Assembly (NCBI GenBank): GCA_934129785.1
Contig: CAKOWW010000003.1
Span: 24,315-88,314, forward strand
DNA: 64,000 nt
Reading direction: 5' to 3'
DNA from: an uncultured Clostridia bacterium
GTDB lineage: Bacteria > Bacillota > Clostridia > TANB77 > CAG-508
Shown here: positions 50,997 through 62,140 of the stretch, in pieces
Layout of the letters: each line of letters starts with the position of its first letter
Numbering within the stretch: position 1 is the stretch's first letter
The notes under the pieces: model-generated
Seen by the model: the letters and a program-made list of their open reading frames with translations, nothing else
Databases searched by the model: none
What the model was told of the DNA's origin: nothing
Program-made: the position numbers and the translations under genes

Positions 50997-51431
50997 ATGA
51001 AATTAGACGATTTAAAACCAGCTACAAAAAAAGTAAAAAGAAATAGAGTAGGTCGTGGTATGGCTTCTGGAAACGGAAAAACATCTGGTAGAGGACATAA
51101 AGGACAAAAAGCAAGATCAGGTGGCGGAGTAAGAAGAGGATTCGAAGGTGGTCAAACACCATTATATAGAAGATTACCAAAAAGAGGATTCAACAATATT
51201 CACGCAAACACATACACAGAAGTAACATTCAAAATGCTTAACAAATCTAAAGCTACAGAAGTTACAGCTGAAAGCCTATTAGAAGAAGGAATCATTGGAA
51301 AAATAAATGATGGAATCGTTGTATTAGCAACAGGAAAATTAGAGAAAAAATTAAATGTTAAAGCTAAAAGATTTACTAAAAAAGCTAAAGAAGAAATCGA
51401 AGCTTTAGGTGGAAAGGCTGAGGTGGTTTAA
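50997..51431 (+). CDS. rplO: 50S ribosomal protein L15
   Basis: MKLDDLKPA...[12 protein letters not shown] signature; ATG at 50997 after AAGGAGGTG. No rpmD (L30) gene lies between rpsE and rplO. Confidence 0.95.
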   Translation: MKLDDLKPATKKVKRNRVGRGMASGNGKTSGRGHKGQKARSGGGVRRGFEGGQTPLYRRLPKRGFNNIHANTYTEVTFKMLNKSKATEVTAESLLEEGIIGKINDGIVVLATGKLEKKLNVKAKRFTKKAKEEIEALGGKAEVV

Positions 51432-52754
51432 TTGTTTAAAACAATAAAAAATGCAATTGCAACACCTGAAGTCAGAAAAAGATTATTATACACATTATTA
51501 TTAATAGTAGTATTTAGATTAGGATGTTATATAACAGTACCAGGAGTAAATAGTATAACATTAAATGAAGCAATGGGAAGTTCATCAGGAATCGCCGGAT
51601 TAATCGATATGATTTCTGGTGGAGCTTTTTCAAGATTTTCAGTATTTGCAATGTCAATTAGCCCATACATAACAGCTTCAATTGTAATCCAATTGTTAGC
51701 TATGATTATCCCATCTTTAGAAAGATTAACTAAAGAAGGTGGAGAAGAAGGTAGAAAGAAAATAAATAAATATACAAAAATGTTAACAATAATATTAGCA
51801 TTGGTTGAAGGTATAGGAATTTATTTATCTTATAAATCTTCAGGAATATTCGTAGATAGTAGTTTCTTAACAGGATTCTTAGTAGTATTAGGATTAGTTA
51901 CAGGAACATCAGTACTTATGTGGTTAGGAGAAGAAATAACAGCAAAAGGAATTGGAAATGGAATATCATTGCTAATCTTTATTGGTATTGTTTCAAGATT
52001 ACCAAGTGGTGCAACAACACTTTGGAACCTAATTATGACAAGTAATGGATTTAGTACAACAGGATTATTAACTGCAATAGGAATTGCAATAGGTGCAATA
52101 GTATTAGTTGCAGGAGTTGTGTTTGTACAAGAAGCTGAAAGAAGAGTGCCAGTACAATACTCTAAAAAAGTAGTTGGAAGAAAAATGGTTGGAGCTCAAA
52201 GCACACATATACCATTAAAACTAGCTATGGCAGGAGTTATGCCAGTAATTTTTGCAAGTAGTTTTATGACTTTCCCAGCTATGATTATACAAATCTTTGT
52301 AAAAGATATAGCAAATCAAACAGGATTTTTAGCAGGTTTATATAAATTCTCAATAGCTACATCAACATCAAATGTAGGTTGGGGATATTCACTTGCAAAT
52401 GCAATTGTTTATTTACTATTAATTATAGGATTTACATTTTTCTATACTTATGCTACATTTAATCCAGCAGAAGTATCAAACAATATTAAGAAAAATGGTG
52501 GATTCATACCTGGAATTAGAGCAGGAAAACCAACAACACAATATTTATCATCAATAATATCAAAATTAACATGGTTTGGTGGATTTTTCTTAGCAGTAAT
52601 AGCAATATTACCAATGCTTTTAAGATTCACAAACTTAAATATTGCATTTGGTGGTACATCAATACTAATCGTTGTAGGTGTAGCTCTAGAAACAGTACAA
52701 CAACTAGAATCTCAATTAGCAATGAGACACTATAAAGGATTCTTGGAAAAATAA
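51432..52754 (+). CDS. secY: preprotein translocase subunit SecY
   Basis: TTG start after GAGGTGG; 10-TM protein with SecY signatures. Confidence 0.95.
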   Translation: MFKTIKNAIATPEVRKRLLYTLLLIVVFRLGCYITVPGVNSITLNEAMGSSSGIAGLIDMISGGAFSRFSVFAMSISPYITASIVIQLLAMIIPSLERLTKEGGEEGRKKINKYTKMLTIILALVEGIGIYLSYKSSGIFVDSSFLTGFLVVLGLVTGTSVLMWLGEEITAKGIGNGISLLIFIGIVSRLPSGATTLWNLIMTSNGFSTTGLLTAIGIAIGAIVLVAGVVFVQEAERRVPVQYSKKVVGRKMVGAQSTHIPLKLAMAGVMPVIFASSFMTFPAMIIQIFVKDIANQTGFLAGLYKFSIATSTSNVGWGYSLANAIVYLLLIIGFTFFYTYATFNPAEVSNNIKKNGGFIPGIRAGKPTTQYLSSIISKLTWFGGFFLAVIAILPMLLRFTNLNIAFGGTSILIVVGVALETVQQLESQLAMRHYKGFLEK

Positions 52755-52896
52755 AAATATTACGAATTTTAGATTGCCAAAAAGAAATAATCTAATTGGC
52801 AATCTGAAGTTAGTAATTTTTATCATGTTTACTATAGGGTAGATATGATAAAGATTATTAAATAATCTTAAAACAAAAGTAGAAGGAAGTGTTTAT

Positions 52897-53559
52897 ATGA
52901 TAATCATAATGTTAGGTGCACCAGGAACAGGAAAAGGAACAGTAGCAAGTATATTAACAGGAAAACTAAATATACCACAAGTATCAACAGGTGATATTTT
53001 TAGAAAACACATAAAAGAAAAGACAGAACTTGGAAAATTAGCAGAAAGTTATATATCAAAAGGAGAATTAGTTCCAGATGATGTAACAATAGGATTAATA
53101 GAAAATAGAATGGAAGAACCAGATGTTCAAAATGGAATTATATTAGATGGATTCCCAAGAACAGTAAAACAAGCAGAAGAGTTAGACAAATTATTAGCTC
53201 AAAAAGGTAAAAAAGTAGATATGGTAATAAATCTAACTACACCAGAAGACGAAATAGTAGAAAGAATAGTAAATAGAAGAATCTGCTCAAATTCAGATTG
53301 TAAAACAGTTTATAACCTAGTTTTAAATCCACCAAAGGTTGAAGGTGTTTGTGATAAATGTGGTAGTGAACTAATACAAAGAAAAGATGACACAATAGAA
53401 ACAGTAAAATCAAGATTAGACAGTTACTTTAAACAAACAAGTCCACTAGTAGAATATTATGAGAAACAAGGAAATTTATATTCAGCAGTAGTAAGCAAAA
53501 CAGTAAATAAACTTGGTAAAGATGTAGCAGAAGATGTAATGAAAGAAATTAATAAATAA
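52897..53559 (+). CDS. adk: adenylate kinase (with Cys4 zinc lid)
   Basis: MLGAPGTGKGT P-loop; lid CSNSDC...CDKCG. Confidence 0.95.
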   Translation: MIIIMLGAPGTGKGTVASILTGKLNIPQVSTGDIFRKHIKEKTELGKLAESYISKGELVPDDVTIGLIENRMEEPDVQNGIILDGFPRTVKQAEELDKLLAQKGKKVDMVINLTTPEDEIVERIVNRRICSNSDCKTVYNLVLNPPKVEGVCDKCGSELIQRKDDTIETVKSRLDSYFKQTSPLVEYYEKQGNLYSAVVSKTVNKLGKDVAEDVMKEINK

Positions 53560-53589
53560 AATTGTTAATAGAAGTAGGAGACGGTTAAA

Positions 53590-54363
53590 TTGGTAACAAT
53601 TAAATCAAAAAGAGAAATTGAATACATGAAAGAAGCTTGTAAAGTCGTAGCTAAAATGTATGAAAAATTGGAAAAAGAAATAAGACCAGGAATGACAACA
53701 TGGGAGTTAGACCAAATTGCAGAAAAAACAATAAGAAGTTTAGGAGCAATTCCAGCAGAAAAAGGATATGATATAGGAATAAAGGGAGTACCACCATATC
53801 CAGCATCAACATGTATATCTATAAATGATGAAGTAATACATGGAATACCTTCAAAGAAAAAGATAATTAGAGAAGGGGACATTGTAAGTATTGATACAGT
53901 AGCTTTGAAAAATGGGTTTAATGGAGATGCAGCAAGAACATTTATGGTTGGAGAAGTTTCTAAAGAAGCAAAAAGACTTGTAGAAGTTACAAAACAAGCA
54001 TTTTTTGAAGGAATAAAATATGCAAAACCAGGATATAGAATTGGTGATGTATGTCATGCAATAGGTGAATATGTTCACTCACAAGGATATTCAGTTGTAA
54101 GAGAATTTCAAGGTCATGGAATTGGTAAAGAAATGCATGAAGATCCAGGAATCCCAAATTATGGGAAGGCAGGAAAAGGAATTCGTTTAGAACCAGGAAT
54201 GACACTAGCAATAGAACCAATGGTAATACAAGGAAAACCAAATATCCTAGAACTTGATGATGGTTGGACAATCATAACAGAAGATGGAAGCTTAGCAGCT
54301 CACTATGAAAATACAATATTAATTACAGAAAAAGAGCCAGAAATATTGACAATACTTAAATAA
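53590..54363 (+). CDS. map: type I methionine aminopeptidase
   Basis: TTG start after AGGAGACGG; MAP fold motifs. Confidence 0.9.
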   Translation: MVTIKSKREIEYMKEACKVVAKMYEKLEKEIRPGMTTWELDQIAEKTIRSLGAIPAEKGYDIGIKGVPPYPASTCISINDEVIHGIPSKKKIIREGDIVSIDTVALKNGFNGDAARTFMVGEVSKEAKRLVEVTKQAFFEGIKYAKPGYRIGDVCHAIGEYVHSQGYSVVREFQGHGIGKEMHEDPGIPNYGKAGKGIRLEPGMTLAIEPMVIQGKPNILELDDGWTIITEDGSLAAHYENTILITEKEPEILTILK

Positions 54364-54443
54364 TAATATATAATATAGTAGTTATTATGTACAATTGTCA
54401 AAAAAACATAATAAAAACTCTTTAAGTAGGAGGGGAAAAGTAA

Positions 54444-54662
54444 ATGGCAAAAGAAGATGTTATAGAAGTTGAAGGAACAGTAGTGGAAGCACTACCAAAT
54501 ACAAATTTCAAAGTAGAACTTGAAAATGGACATCAAATATTAGCTCATATCTCAGGAAAACTAAGAATGAACTATATAAAAATATTACCAGGAGATAAGG
54601 TAAAAGTAGAACTTTCACCTTATGATTTAAACAGAGGAAGAATTACTTGGAGAGCAAAATAA
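54444..54662 (+). CDS. infA: translation initiation factor IF-1
   Basis: 72 aa [19 protein letters not shown]... Confidence 0.95.
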   Translation: MAKEDVIEVEGTVVEALPNTNFKVELENGHQILAHISGKLRMNYIKILPGDKVKVELSPYDLNRGRITWRAK

Positions 54663-54720
54663 AAGTAAAAATTAACCCAAAAATATATATAAAATAGCAA
54701 GCCAAGGAGGTGCTAGAATA

Positions 54721-54834
54721 ATGAAAGTAAGACCATCAGTTAAAAAAATGTGTGACAAATGTAAAGTAATAAAAAGAAAAGGTGTAATTAGAGTTATTTG
54801 TGAAAACCCTAAACACAAACAAAGACAAGGATAA
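54721..54834 (+). CDS. rpmJ: 50S ribosomal protein L36
   Basis: 37-aa [37 protein letters not shown]; below the ORF-track cutoff; SD GGAGGTG upstream. Confidence 0.9.
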   Translation: MKVRPSVKKMCDKCKVIKRKGVIRVICENPKHKQRQG

Positions 54835-55029
54835 TAATCCTAAAAAAGTTAATAACACAAATTAGGTAGCGGCTGTGAACCTTGAAAATCTCAAGGGGTA
54901 CATATCAAATTTGTGTTTATATACATGTTCTAGAAAATTTAAAGAGACTGGGGTAAACACCGGTAGCATTTCACCTTTAAAAGTCTAGGACAAACAAATA
55001 AAGAAAAAAATTTGGAGGTGCAAAATAGT

Positions 55030-55398
55030 ATGGCTCGTATAGCAGGAGTAGATTTACCTAAAGAAAAAAGAGTAGAAATAGGACTAACATACATTTATGG
55101 AATAGGAGTATCAAGTTCTAAAAAAATTCTTGAAAAAGCAGGAGTTAATCCAGATACAAGAGTAAAAGACTTAACAGATGATCAAGTAAACGATATAAGA
55201 AAAGCAATAGATGAATCTTATACAGTTGAAGGTGATTTAAGAAGAGAAGTAGCATTAAACATAAAAAGACTTACAGAAATCGGATGTTACAGAGGATTAA
55301 GACATAGAAGAGGATTACCAGTAAGAGGTCAAAGAACAAAAACTAATGCTAGAACAAGAAAAGGTCCTAGAAAATTAGTTAGCAAAAGTAAAAAATAA
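55030..55398 (+). CDS. rpsM: 30S ribosomal protein S13
   Basis: [17 protein letters not shown] signature; preceded by a ~190-nt structured leader. Confidence 0.95.
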   Translation: MARIAGVDLPKEKRVEIGLTYIYGIGVSSSKKILEKAGVNPDTRVKDLTDDQVNDIRKAIDESYTVEGDLRREVALNIKRLTEIGCYRGLRHRRGLPVRGQRTKTNARTRKGPRKLVSKSKK

Positions 55399-55471
55399 AT
55401 AAGTCAATAAAAGTTAATAAAAGTTATTAACAAGAAATAGAATTCGAATATTTAAAGGAGGAAAAACCGAA

Positions 55472-55867
55472 ATGGCTAAAAATGTAACAACAAAAAAAGT
55501 AGCTAGAAGAAATAGAAAAAACATTGAAAAAGGTGCAGCTCATATTCATTCTAGTTTCAATAACACAATAGTTACAATCACAGATACACAAGGAAATAGT
55601 ATTTCTTGGGCAAGTGCTGGAGAACTAGGTTACAAAGGTTCAAGAAAAAGCACACCATTTGCAGCTGGTCAAGTTGCTGAAAAAGCAGCAAAAGCAGCAA
55701 TGGAACATGGATTAAAATCTGTAGAAGTATTTGTTAAAGGACCAGGTTCAGGAAGAGAAGCAGCAATAAGAGCACTTCAAACAGCTGGTTTAGAAATAAG
55801 TGCTATAAAAGATGTAACACCAATACCACATAATGGATGTAGACCACCAAAAAGAAGAAGAGTATAA
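55472..55867 (+). CDS. rpsK: 30S ribosomal protein S11
   Basis: [16 protein letters not shown] signature. Confidence 0.95.
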   Translation: MAKNVTTKKVARRNRKNIEKGAAHIHSSFNNTIVTITDTQGNSISWASAGELGYKGSRKSTPFAAGQVAEKAAKAAMEHGLKSVEVFVKGPGSGREAAIRALQTAGLEISAIKDVTPIPHNGCRPPKRRRV

Positions 55868-55937
55868 TTTAGATAAAATATAGAGATATAGAAGCATGAA
55901 AATGCAAAGGCTATTTAGAATGAGAAAGGAGAAAAAA

Positions 55938-56564
55938 ATGGCAAGATATAAAGATGAACAATGTCGTAGATGCCGTAGAGAAGGACAAAAATTGTTCTTA
56001 AAAGGTGAAAGATGTTATTCTGATAAATGTAGTATTTCAAGAAGAAACTACGCACCAGGACAACACGGACAAAAAAGAGCAAAACTTTCTGAATACGGAA
56101 CTCAATTAAGAGAAAAACAAAAAACAAAAGCATATTATGGAGTTGGAGAAAAACAATTTAGAAAATACTTTGAAATGGCTTCTAATAAAAAAGGTGTAAC
56201 AGGTGAAAACTTATTACAAATATTGGAAAGCAGATTAGACAATGTTGTTTATAGATTAGGATTTGGAGCATCAAGAGCACAAGCAAGACAATTTGTAAAC
56301 CATGCACAATTCGAAGTAAATGGTAAAAGAGTTGATATTCCATCATACCTAGTTAAACCAGGTGATGTAATAACAGTAAGAGAAAACAAAAAAGATAATA
56401 CTACATTAAAAGTAAATGTAGAAGAATCTGCAAAAAGACCAGTTCCAGCATGGCTAGAAAAAGACAGCGAAAAATTAAGTGGTAAAGTAATTAGATTAGC
56501 GGCTAGAGAAGATGTTGATATTCCAATCGAAGAACATTTAATAGTAGAGCTTTACTCAAAATAA
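55938..56564 (+). CDS. rpsD: 30S ribosomal protein S4 (zinc-ribbon type)
   Basis: [31 protein letters not shown]; start at the ATG after AAAGGAG. Confidence 0.95.
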   Translation: MARYKDEQCRRCRREGQKLFLKGERCYSDKCSISRRNYAPGQHGQKRAKLSEYGTQLREKQKTKAYYGVGEKQFRKYFEMASNKKGVTGENLLQILESRLDNVVYRLGFGASRAQARQFVNHAQFEVNGKRVDIPSYLVKPGDVITVRENKKDNTTLKVNVEESAKRPVPAWLEKDSEKLSGKVIRLAAREDVDIPIEEHLIVELYSK

Positions 56565-56676
56565 TAGAAAAAAGTAAATATAAAGGTTTGTTACAAACTT
56601 TAAAAATTTTACTTAAGAAAACCTACAATAGTATTATAAAGATATGAGATATATTCTCAAATATTAGGAGGTAAAA

Positions 56677-57624
56677 ATGATAGAATTTGAAAAGCCAAAT
56701 ATTGAATGTCTAGAAGTAGATGATGCAAATAATTATGCAAAATTTGTATGTGAACCATTAGAAAGAGGATATGGAGTAACAATAGGAAATTCTCTTAGAA
56801 GAATTTTACTTTCATCACTTCCAGGATGTAGCATAACAAGTGTAAAAATTGATGGAGTATTACATGAATTTTCTGGTATACCAAATGTAGTAGAAGATGT
56901 ACCAGAGATAATAGTAAACTTAAAAAATGTAAGACTAAAATTTGAAGAGAATGAAGAAAAAGTTTTAAAAATCGACTTCAAAGGAGAAGGAAAAGTTAAA
57001 GCTGGAGATATAATAACAGATGGAACAGTAGAAATACTAAATCCAGACTTACATATAGCTACAGTTTCTGAAGGTGGACACCTAAAAATGGAAATGACAG
57101 CTGACAGAGGAAGAGGATATAACTCATCTGAAAAAAATAAAAAACCAAATCAAGATATATCAGTACTTCCAATCGATTCAATCTATACACCTGTAAAGAA
57201 AGTGAACTATCAAGTAGAAAATACTAGAGTTGGACAAATGGTAGATTATGATAAATTAGTAATTGAAGTTTGGACAGATGGAAGTTTAAAAGCACATGAA
57301 GCTTTAAGCTTAGCTGCTAAAGTAATGACAGGACACTTAGAATTATTCATAGACTTATCAGAAGCTACAAAAAACACAAAGGTTATGATAGAAAAAGAAG
57401 AATCTAAGAAAGAAAAAGTATTAGAAATGTCAATTGAAGAACTTGAATTATCTGTAAGATCATTCAACTGCTTAAAAAGAGCTGGTATAGCAACAGTTGA
57501 AGATTTAACAAACAAATCTGAAACAGACATGATGAAAGTCAGAAATTTAGGTAAAAAATCATTTGATGAAGTAACAGCAAAATTACACTCATTAGGATTA
57601 GATTTTGCTAAAGAAGACGAATAA
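56677..57624 (+). CDS. rpoA: DNA-directed RNA polymerase subunit alpha
   Basis: 315 aa; N-terminal assembly domain and C-terminal domain typical of RpoA. Confidence 0.95.
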   Translation: MIEFEKPNIECLEVDDANNYAKFVCEPLERGYGVTIGNSLRRILLSSLPGCSITSVKIDGVLHEFSGIPNVVEDVPEIIVNLKNVRLKFEENEEKVLKIDFKGEGKVKAGDIITDGTVEILNPDLHIATVSEGGHLKMEMTADRGRGYNSSEKNKKPNQDISVLPIDSIYTPVKKVNYQVENTRVGQMVDYDKLVIEVWTDGSLKAHEALSLAAKVMTGHLELFIDLSEATKNTKVMIEKEESKKEKVLEMSIEELELSVRSFNCLKRAGIATVEDLTNKSETDMMKVRNLGKKSFDEVTAKLHSLGLDFAKEDE

Positions 57625-57649
57625 AGATAAATAAAGGAAGGTGAAACAA

Positions 57650-58177
57650 GTGGCTACTAATAGAAAATTAGGAAAACCAACAGATATAAGAATGGCAATG
57701 CTAAAAACTTTAACAACAGACCTAATTATGCATGGTAAAATTGAAACAACTTTACCAAGAGCAAAAGAAGTAAAGAAAATGGCTGATAGCTTAATTTCTT
57801 TAGCAATAAAAGAAAAGGACAACTTCGAAATGGTAGATGTTAAAGTAGTAAAAGCAAAACTAGATGCGAAAGGTAACAAAGAAACAGAATTAGTAAAAAG
57901 CAAAAATGGAAAAGAATATCTAAAAGTAGTTAAAGAAGAAACTACAGAAAAAAGACAAAAAGATATGCCATCTAGATTAAATGCTAGAAGAAAAATGATG
58001 AAAACAATAAATAAAGTTAAAGATAGCGAAGGAAATAACATAGATTTAACTTCAAAATTATTTAACGAAATAGCTCCAAAATATTCTGATAAAAATGTAG
58101 GTGGATATACACGTATAGTTAAAGCAGGACCTAGAAGAGGAGACGGAGCTGAAGTTGCAATATTACAACTTATCTAG
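57650..58177 (+). CDS. rplQ: 50S ribosomal protein L17
   Basis: GTG start 5 nt after AAGGAAGGTGA; ATNRKLGKPTD..R.AMLK signature. Confidence 0.9.
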   Translation: MATNRKLGKPTDIRMAMLKTLTTDLIMHGKIETTLPRAKEVKKMADSLISLAIKEKDNFEMVDVKVVKAKLDAKGNKETELVKSKNGKEYLKVVKEETTEKRQKDMPSRLNARRKMMKTINKVKDSEGNNIDLTSKLFNEIAPKYSDKNVGGYTRIVKAGPRRGDGAEVAILQLI

Positions 58178-58195
58178 TAAATAAAAATAAATATT

Positions 58196-58246
58196 TAACG
58201 CTTGGGGTGTTGATAATAAGTTATCAATGTTTCATGCGTTTTTTAT
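58196..58246 (+). terminator. terminator after rplQ (end of alpha operon)
   Basis: Imperfect hairpin aacgcttggggtgttgataa..ttatcaatgtttcatgcgtt followed by TTTTTT. Confidence 0.5.
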
Positions 58247-58322
58247 ATTTATTTGAGATGAAATTCTTGTATTAACACAATAAAGTAAAAATGAATATAA
58301 TAACATATGAGGAGGCTAGAAA

Positions 58323-58676
58323 ATGGTAGAATTTATATTAAATACTATTTTTTGGATATTAGCTTTATATGGTTTATTGGAAATTATAAAAAATGTAATA
58401 TACATATGTACATATACTAGGTTTAAATCAGATGGAATTTATTTAATAATAGCTGTAAAAAATCAGGAGGAAAAAATTGAATATTTTTTACGTTCATTAA
58501 TATTCAAAATTGTTTGTGGAAAAGAAGAAATATTAAAAAACATTATAGTAGCAGATTTAAAATCAACAGATGGGACAAAGAAAATATTAAATAAAATTTC
58601 AGAAGAAAATGAAATGATTCAGGTTTTAAATTGGAAAGAATGTAAAGAAGTCTTTGATAATATAGATAACAACTAA
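58323..58676 (+). CDS. hypothetical small membrane protein with a short GT2-like fragment
   Basis: N-terminal TM; SD GAGGAGG; IIVADLKSTDGTKKIL resembles a truncated glycosyltransferase family 2 N-terminus. Confidence 0.45.
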   Translation: MVEFILNTIFWILALYGLLEIIKNVIYICTYTRFKSDGIYLIIAVKNQEEKIEYFLRSLIFKIVCGKEEILKNIIVADLKSTDGTKKILNKISEENEMIQVLNWKECKEVFDNIDNN

Positions 58677-58746
58677 ATAGTGATTGATGATTATGTGAAA
58701 TTGTGTTATAATAGTGATGCATGACTAAATAGGAGGACAGTTGAAT

Positions 58747-59172
58747 ATGACAGAAATAAATATTTCTAAACAAACTGGTTGTTATCCCTACGCAATAGGA
58801 AGATTTGACATTGACAGATTTCTATTAGTAGGGGAATCTATTGGCCGAAGATGTAATCGGAAATCGGAGGATACTGTTTTAATCTTAACATTAATTAAGG
58901 AATTGGAAGAATTTTTTAATTATAATGTATTTCAAAGTACTAGGCAGGAAAAAGTTCCAGAGGGACAAAGAAAAATTTGTCTAGCACGTAGTGTACATAT
59001 GGGAGATTATCATTTTTTTGTTCAGTTATCTGATGGTATTTGGAGACATAAAAGACCAGGATTTGACCCTGAAATAGCAACAGAAAAGGAGATATTTGGC
59101 GAAAATGAACCACTAAATACTTCTTTTATAAGAAGGTGGATATTTCTATTAAAACCAAAAGGGGCTAATTAA
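58747..59172 (+). CDS. hypothetical 141-aa protein, locally GC-richer than its neighbours
   Basis: Own promoter TTGATG-17-TATAAT at about 58687-58715; SD AGGAGGA; no motif recognised; terminator follows at about 59150-59190. Confidence 0.5.
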   Translation: MTEINISKQTGCYPYAIGRFDIDRFLLVGESIGRRCNRKSEDTVLILTLIKELEEFFNYNVFQSTRQEKVPEGQRKICLARSVHMGDYHFFVQLSDGIWRHKRPGFDPEIATEKEIFGENEPLNTSFIRRWIFLLKPKGAN

Positions 59173-59244
59173 TAGCCTCCTTTTCTGGTTGAAAATACAA
59201 TGAAATTATGATAGACTAGTAACATGTAAAAAAGGAGAATTTAA

Positions 59245-61461
59245 GTGGAAATAACAGGAGCAATAAAGGATATCATATATAAAAATGAAATAAATAGCTA
59301 TACAATAGCAGACTTTGAAACAGATGAAGAAGAAACAACAATAGTTGGTTACCTACCATTTGTGAATCCAGGAGATACATTAAAATTAATAGGAAAATTT
59401 GTAGAGCATAAAGACTATGGACGACAATTTAAAATAGATACATTTGAAAAATTAATGCCACAAACACTAGGAGCCCTAGAGAGATATCTTTCAAAAGGAA
59501 ATATAAAAGGAATTGGTGAAGCAATAGCAAAAAGAATAATAAGAACATTTGGAGAAGAAACAATTCATGTTTTCAAATATGAACCGGAAAGATTAGCAAC
59601 AATAAGAGGAATATCTAAAGAAAGAGCAAAAGAAATGTCAAACCAATTTATAGAAAATTGGGAAGTATGGCAAATAGTAGGATTTTTAGAAAAATTTGGA
59701 ATAGGCGCAGAATATGCAAAAAAAGTATTTGACCTGTATGGAACAAATGCAATAGAAGAAATAGAATCAAATCCATATATATTAATAGATTTAACAAGAG
59801 GTGTAGATTTTAGGCAAATAGATAAAATGGCGTTGGATTTAGGCTTAAGTTATGACAATGATAAGAGAATCGCAAGTGGAATAAAATATGGACTAATAAG
59901 AAGTACATATAATGGAAACTCGTGCGTATTAAAAGAAAACTTAATAGAGTTTGTTATAAAACTATTAGATGTAACAACTGAAAATGTTGAAGACAGTCTA
60001 ATAAATTTGAAAGCTAAAGAAGAAATAGTAATAGAAAAAAGAGAGAACAGTCAAGAATATATATACTTAACAGCATTTTATAATACAGAAGAGGAAATAG
60101 CTTATAGATTATTAAAACTACAAGCAGCACCAAACCTAAAAAAAATAGGTGATTTAAAATTTGAATTAAAGAAAATAGAAGCTTCGTCAAAAATAGAATT
60201 ATCAGAAAAACAAAAAGAAGCAATAAAATTAGTAAATGAAAGCAATGTGACAATAATTACAGGTGGTCCGGGAACTGGTAAAACAACAATAATAAAAAAT
60301 ATAATAGACATATATGAAGGAAAAGGAAAAAAAGTAGTGTTATCAGCTCCAACAGGTAGAGCTGCAAAGAGAATGACAGAAACAACAGGAAAAGAAGCAT
60401 CAACACTACATAGGTTATTAGAAATAGGAAAAATAGATGACGATAGTTTATATAAAAGTGCTAAAGAATATGAAGGAGCACCAATAGATGGAGATGTAAT
60501 AATAGTTGATGAAGTTTCAATGGTAGATATGTTTTTAATGAGTTATTTATTAAAATGTGTATATCAAGGAACAAAATTAGTATTAGTGGGAGATGTAGAC
60601 CAATTGGCATCAGTAGGTCCAGGGAGTGTATTAGAAGATTTAATAAATTCTGAAGAAATTCCTACAATACACCTGGATAAAATTTTTAGGCAAGCTGCTA
60701 AAAGTAAAATAGTTTTAAATGCACATAGAGTAAATTCAGGAGAAAACTTTTTGAATAAAGACGAAATGGAAGAAGATACAAATGAGGACTTTTTCTTTAT
60801 AAAAGAAAATTCACAAGAAAGAATGTTATCACAAGTTGTTTCATTATGCACAGGAAGATTAAAGAAATTTGGAAATTATGATTTTTTTCAAAATATTCAA
60901 GTTCTATCGCCAACTAAAAAAGGAATACTAGGAACAAAAGAGCTAAACAAAATATTACAACAACAGTTAAATCCTAATAAGGATAATTTACCAGAAAAAA
61001 GCAGTATGGGAGCAATTTATAGAATAGGCGATAGAGTAATGCAGGTAAAAAATAATTATGACTTATATTGGGAAAAAGAAGTAAATGGTAAAACTCAAAT
61101 GGGAAGCGGAATATTTAATGGAGAAATAGGAACAATTACAGGAATTTCTGAGGTTGAAAAACAAATAGAAATCAAATTTGATGACGACAAAACAGCATGG
61201 TATGATTTTCAAGATTTAGACCAAATAGAACATAGTTATGTAGTAACAATTCACAAAGCACAACGGAAGCGAATTTGATGTAGTAATAATGGTAGTACCT
61301 CAATCATCTCCAATGTTATTAACTAGAAACTTGCTATACACAGGAATAACTAGAGCTAAAAAATTATTAATAATAATTGGAAGTGAAAGAACTGTAGAGT
61401 TCATGATAAAAAATGTTGACAGCAAAAAAAGAAATACAGGATTAAAATATAAAATGAAATA
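59245..61461 (+). CDS. recD2: RecD2-type ATP-dependent DNA helicase (RecD/TraA family); C-terminus shifted by a +1 frameshift (extra C at 61264)
   Basis: Walker A ITGGPGTGKTT; Walker B IIVDEVSMVD. The ORF-track ORF ends ...TIHKAQRKRI*. Deleting the C at 61264 gives HKAQGSEFDVVIMVVP...MLLTRNLLYTGITRAKKLLIIIG, the canonical RecD2 C-terminus ending at 61461. Confidence 0.8.
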
Positions 61462-61467
61462 AAGAAG

Positions 61468-62118
61468 GTGGTTAAAGGAACAATATTAGATTTAATATAT
61501 CCACCAAAGTGTGGAATTTGTGGAAAAATATGCCAAGAATTTCTTTGCACGAAATGTGGTATATTATTAGAAAAACAGGCGGTTTTTGGAATAGAAGATA
61601 CAAGAAATCAAGAACAAAACTTTGATGAACTTTTATATGTTTTTAAATATGAAGGTATGGCGAGACAAAATATATTAAAATATAAATTTAAAGAAAGCTC
61701 ATATTTATATAAAATGTTTGTGAATTTTATGTTAAAAAATCAAAAATTCTTTGAAAATATAAAAAAATATGATACAATTGTGCCAGTTCCAATAAGTAAG
61801 AAAAGATTTCTGGAAAGAGGCTACAATCAAAGCTATTTAATAGCAAGAGAAATAGCCAAAAAAGCAGGAATAAAGTGCGAAAATAAAATTATAAAAAAAA
61901 CGAAAAATATTATAGAACAAAGTAAGTTAAACAAAGAAGATAGAGAAAAAAATATTGTAGGAGTATATGAAACAAAAAATATACACAAAATATTAGATAA
62001 AAAGGTATTATTGCTAGATGATATAATAACAACTGGTAGTACAGCAAATGAATGTGCAAGAATGCTTTTAACAGCAAAACCTAAAAAAATAGGAGTACTT
62101 ACAATAGCAAAAGACTAA
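61468..62118 (+). CDS. comFC: ComFC-like phosphoribosyltransferase-domain competence protein
   Basis: N-terminal double CxxC (PKCGICGK..CTKCG); C-terminal PRTase motif VLLLDDIITTGST. Confidence 0.75.
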   Translation: MVKGTILDLIYPPKCGICGKICQEFLCTKCGILLEKQAVFGIEDTRNQEQNFDELLYVFKYEGMARQNILKYKFKESSYLYKMFVNFMLKNQKFFENIKKYDTIVPVPISKKRFLERGYNQSYLIAREIAKKAGIKCENKIIKKTKNIIEQSKLNKEDREKNIVGVYETKNIHKILDKKVLLLDDIITTGSTANECARMLLTAKPKKIGVLTIAKD

Positions 62119-62140
62119 AAATAGAAAGAGGAATTATAAT

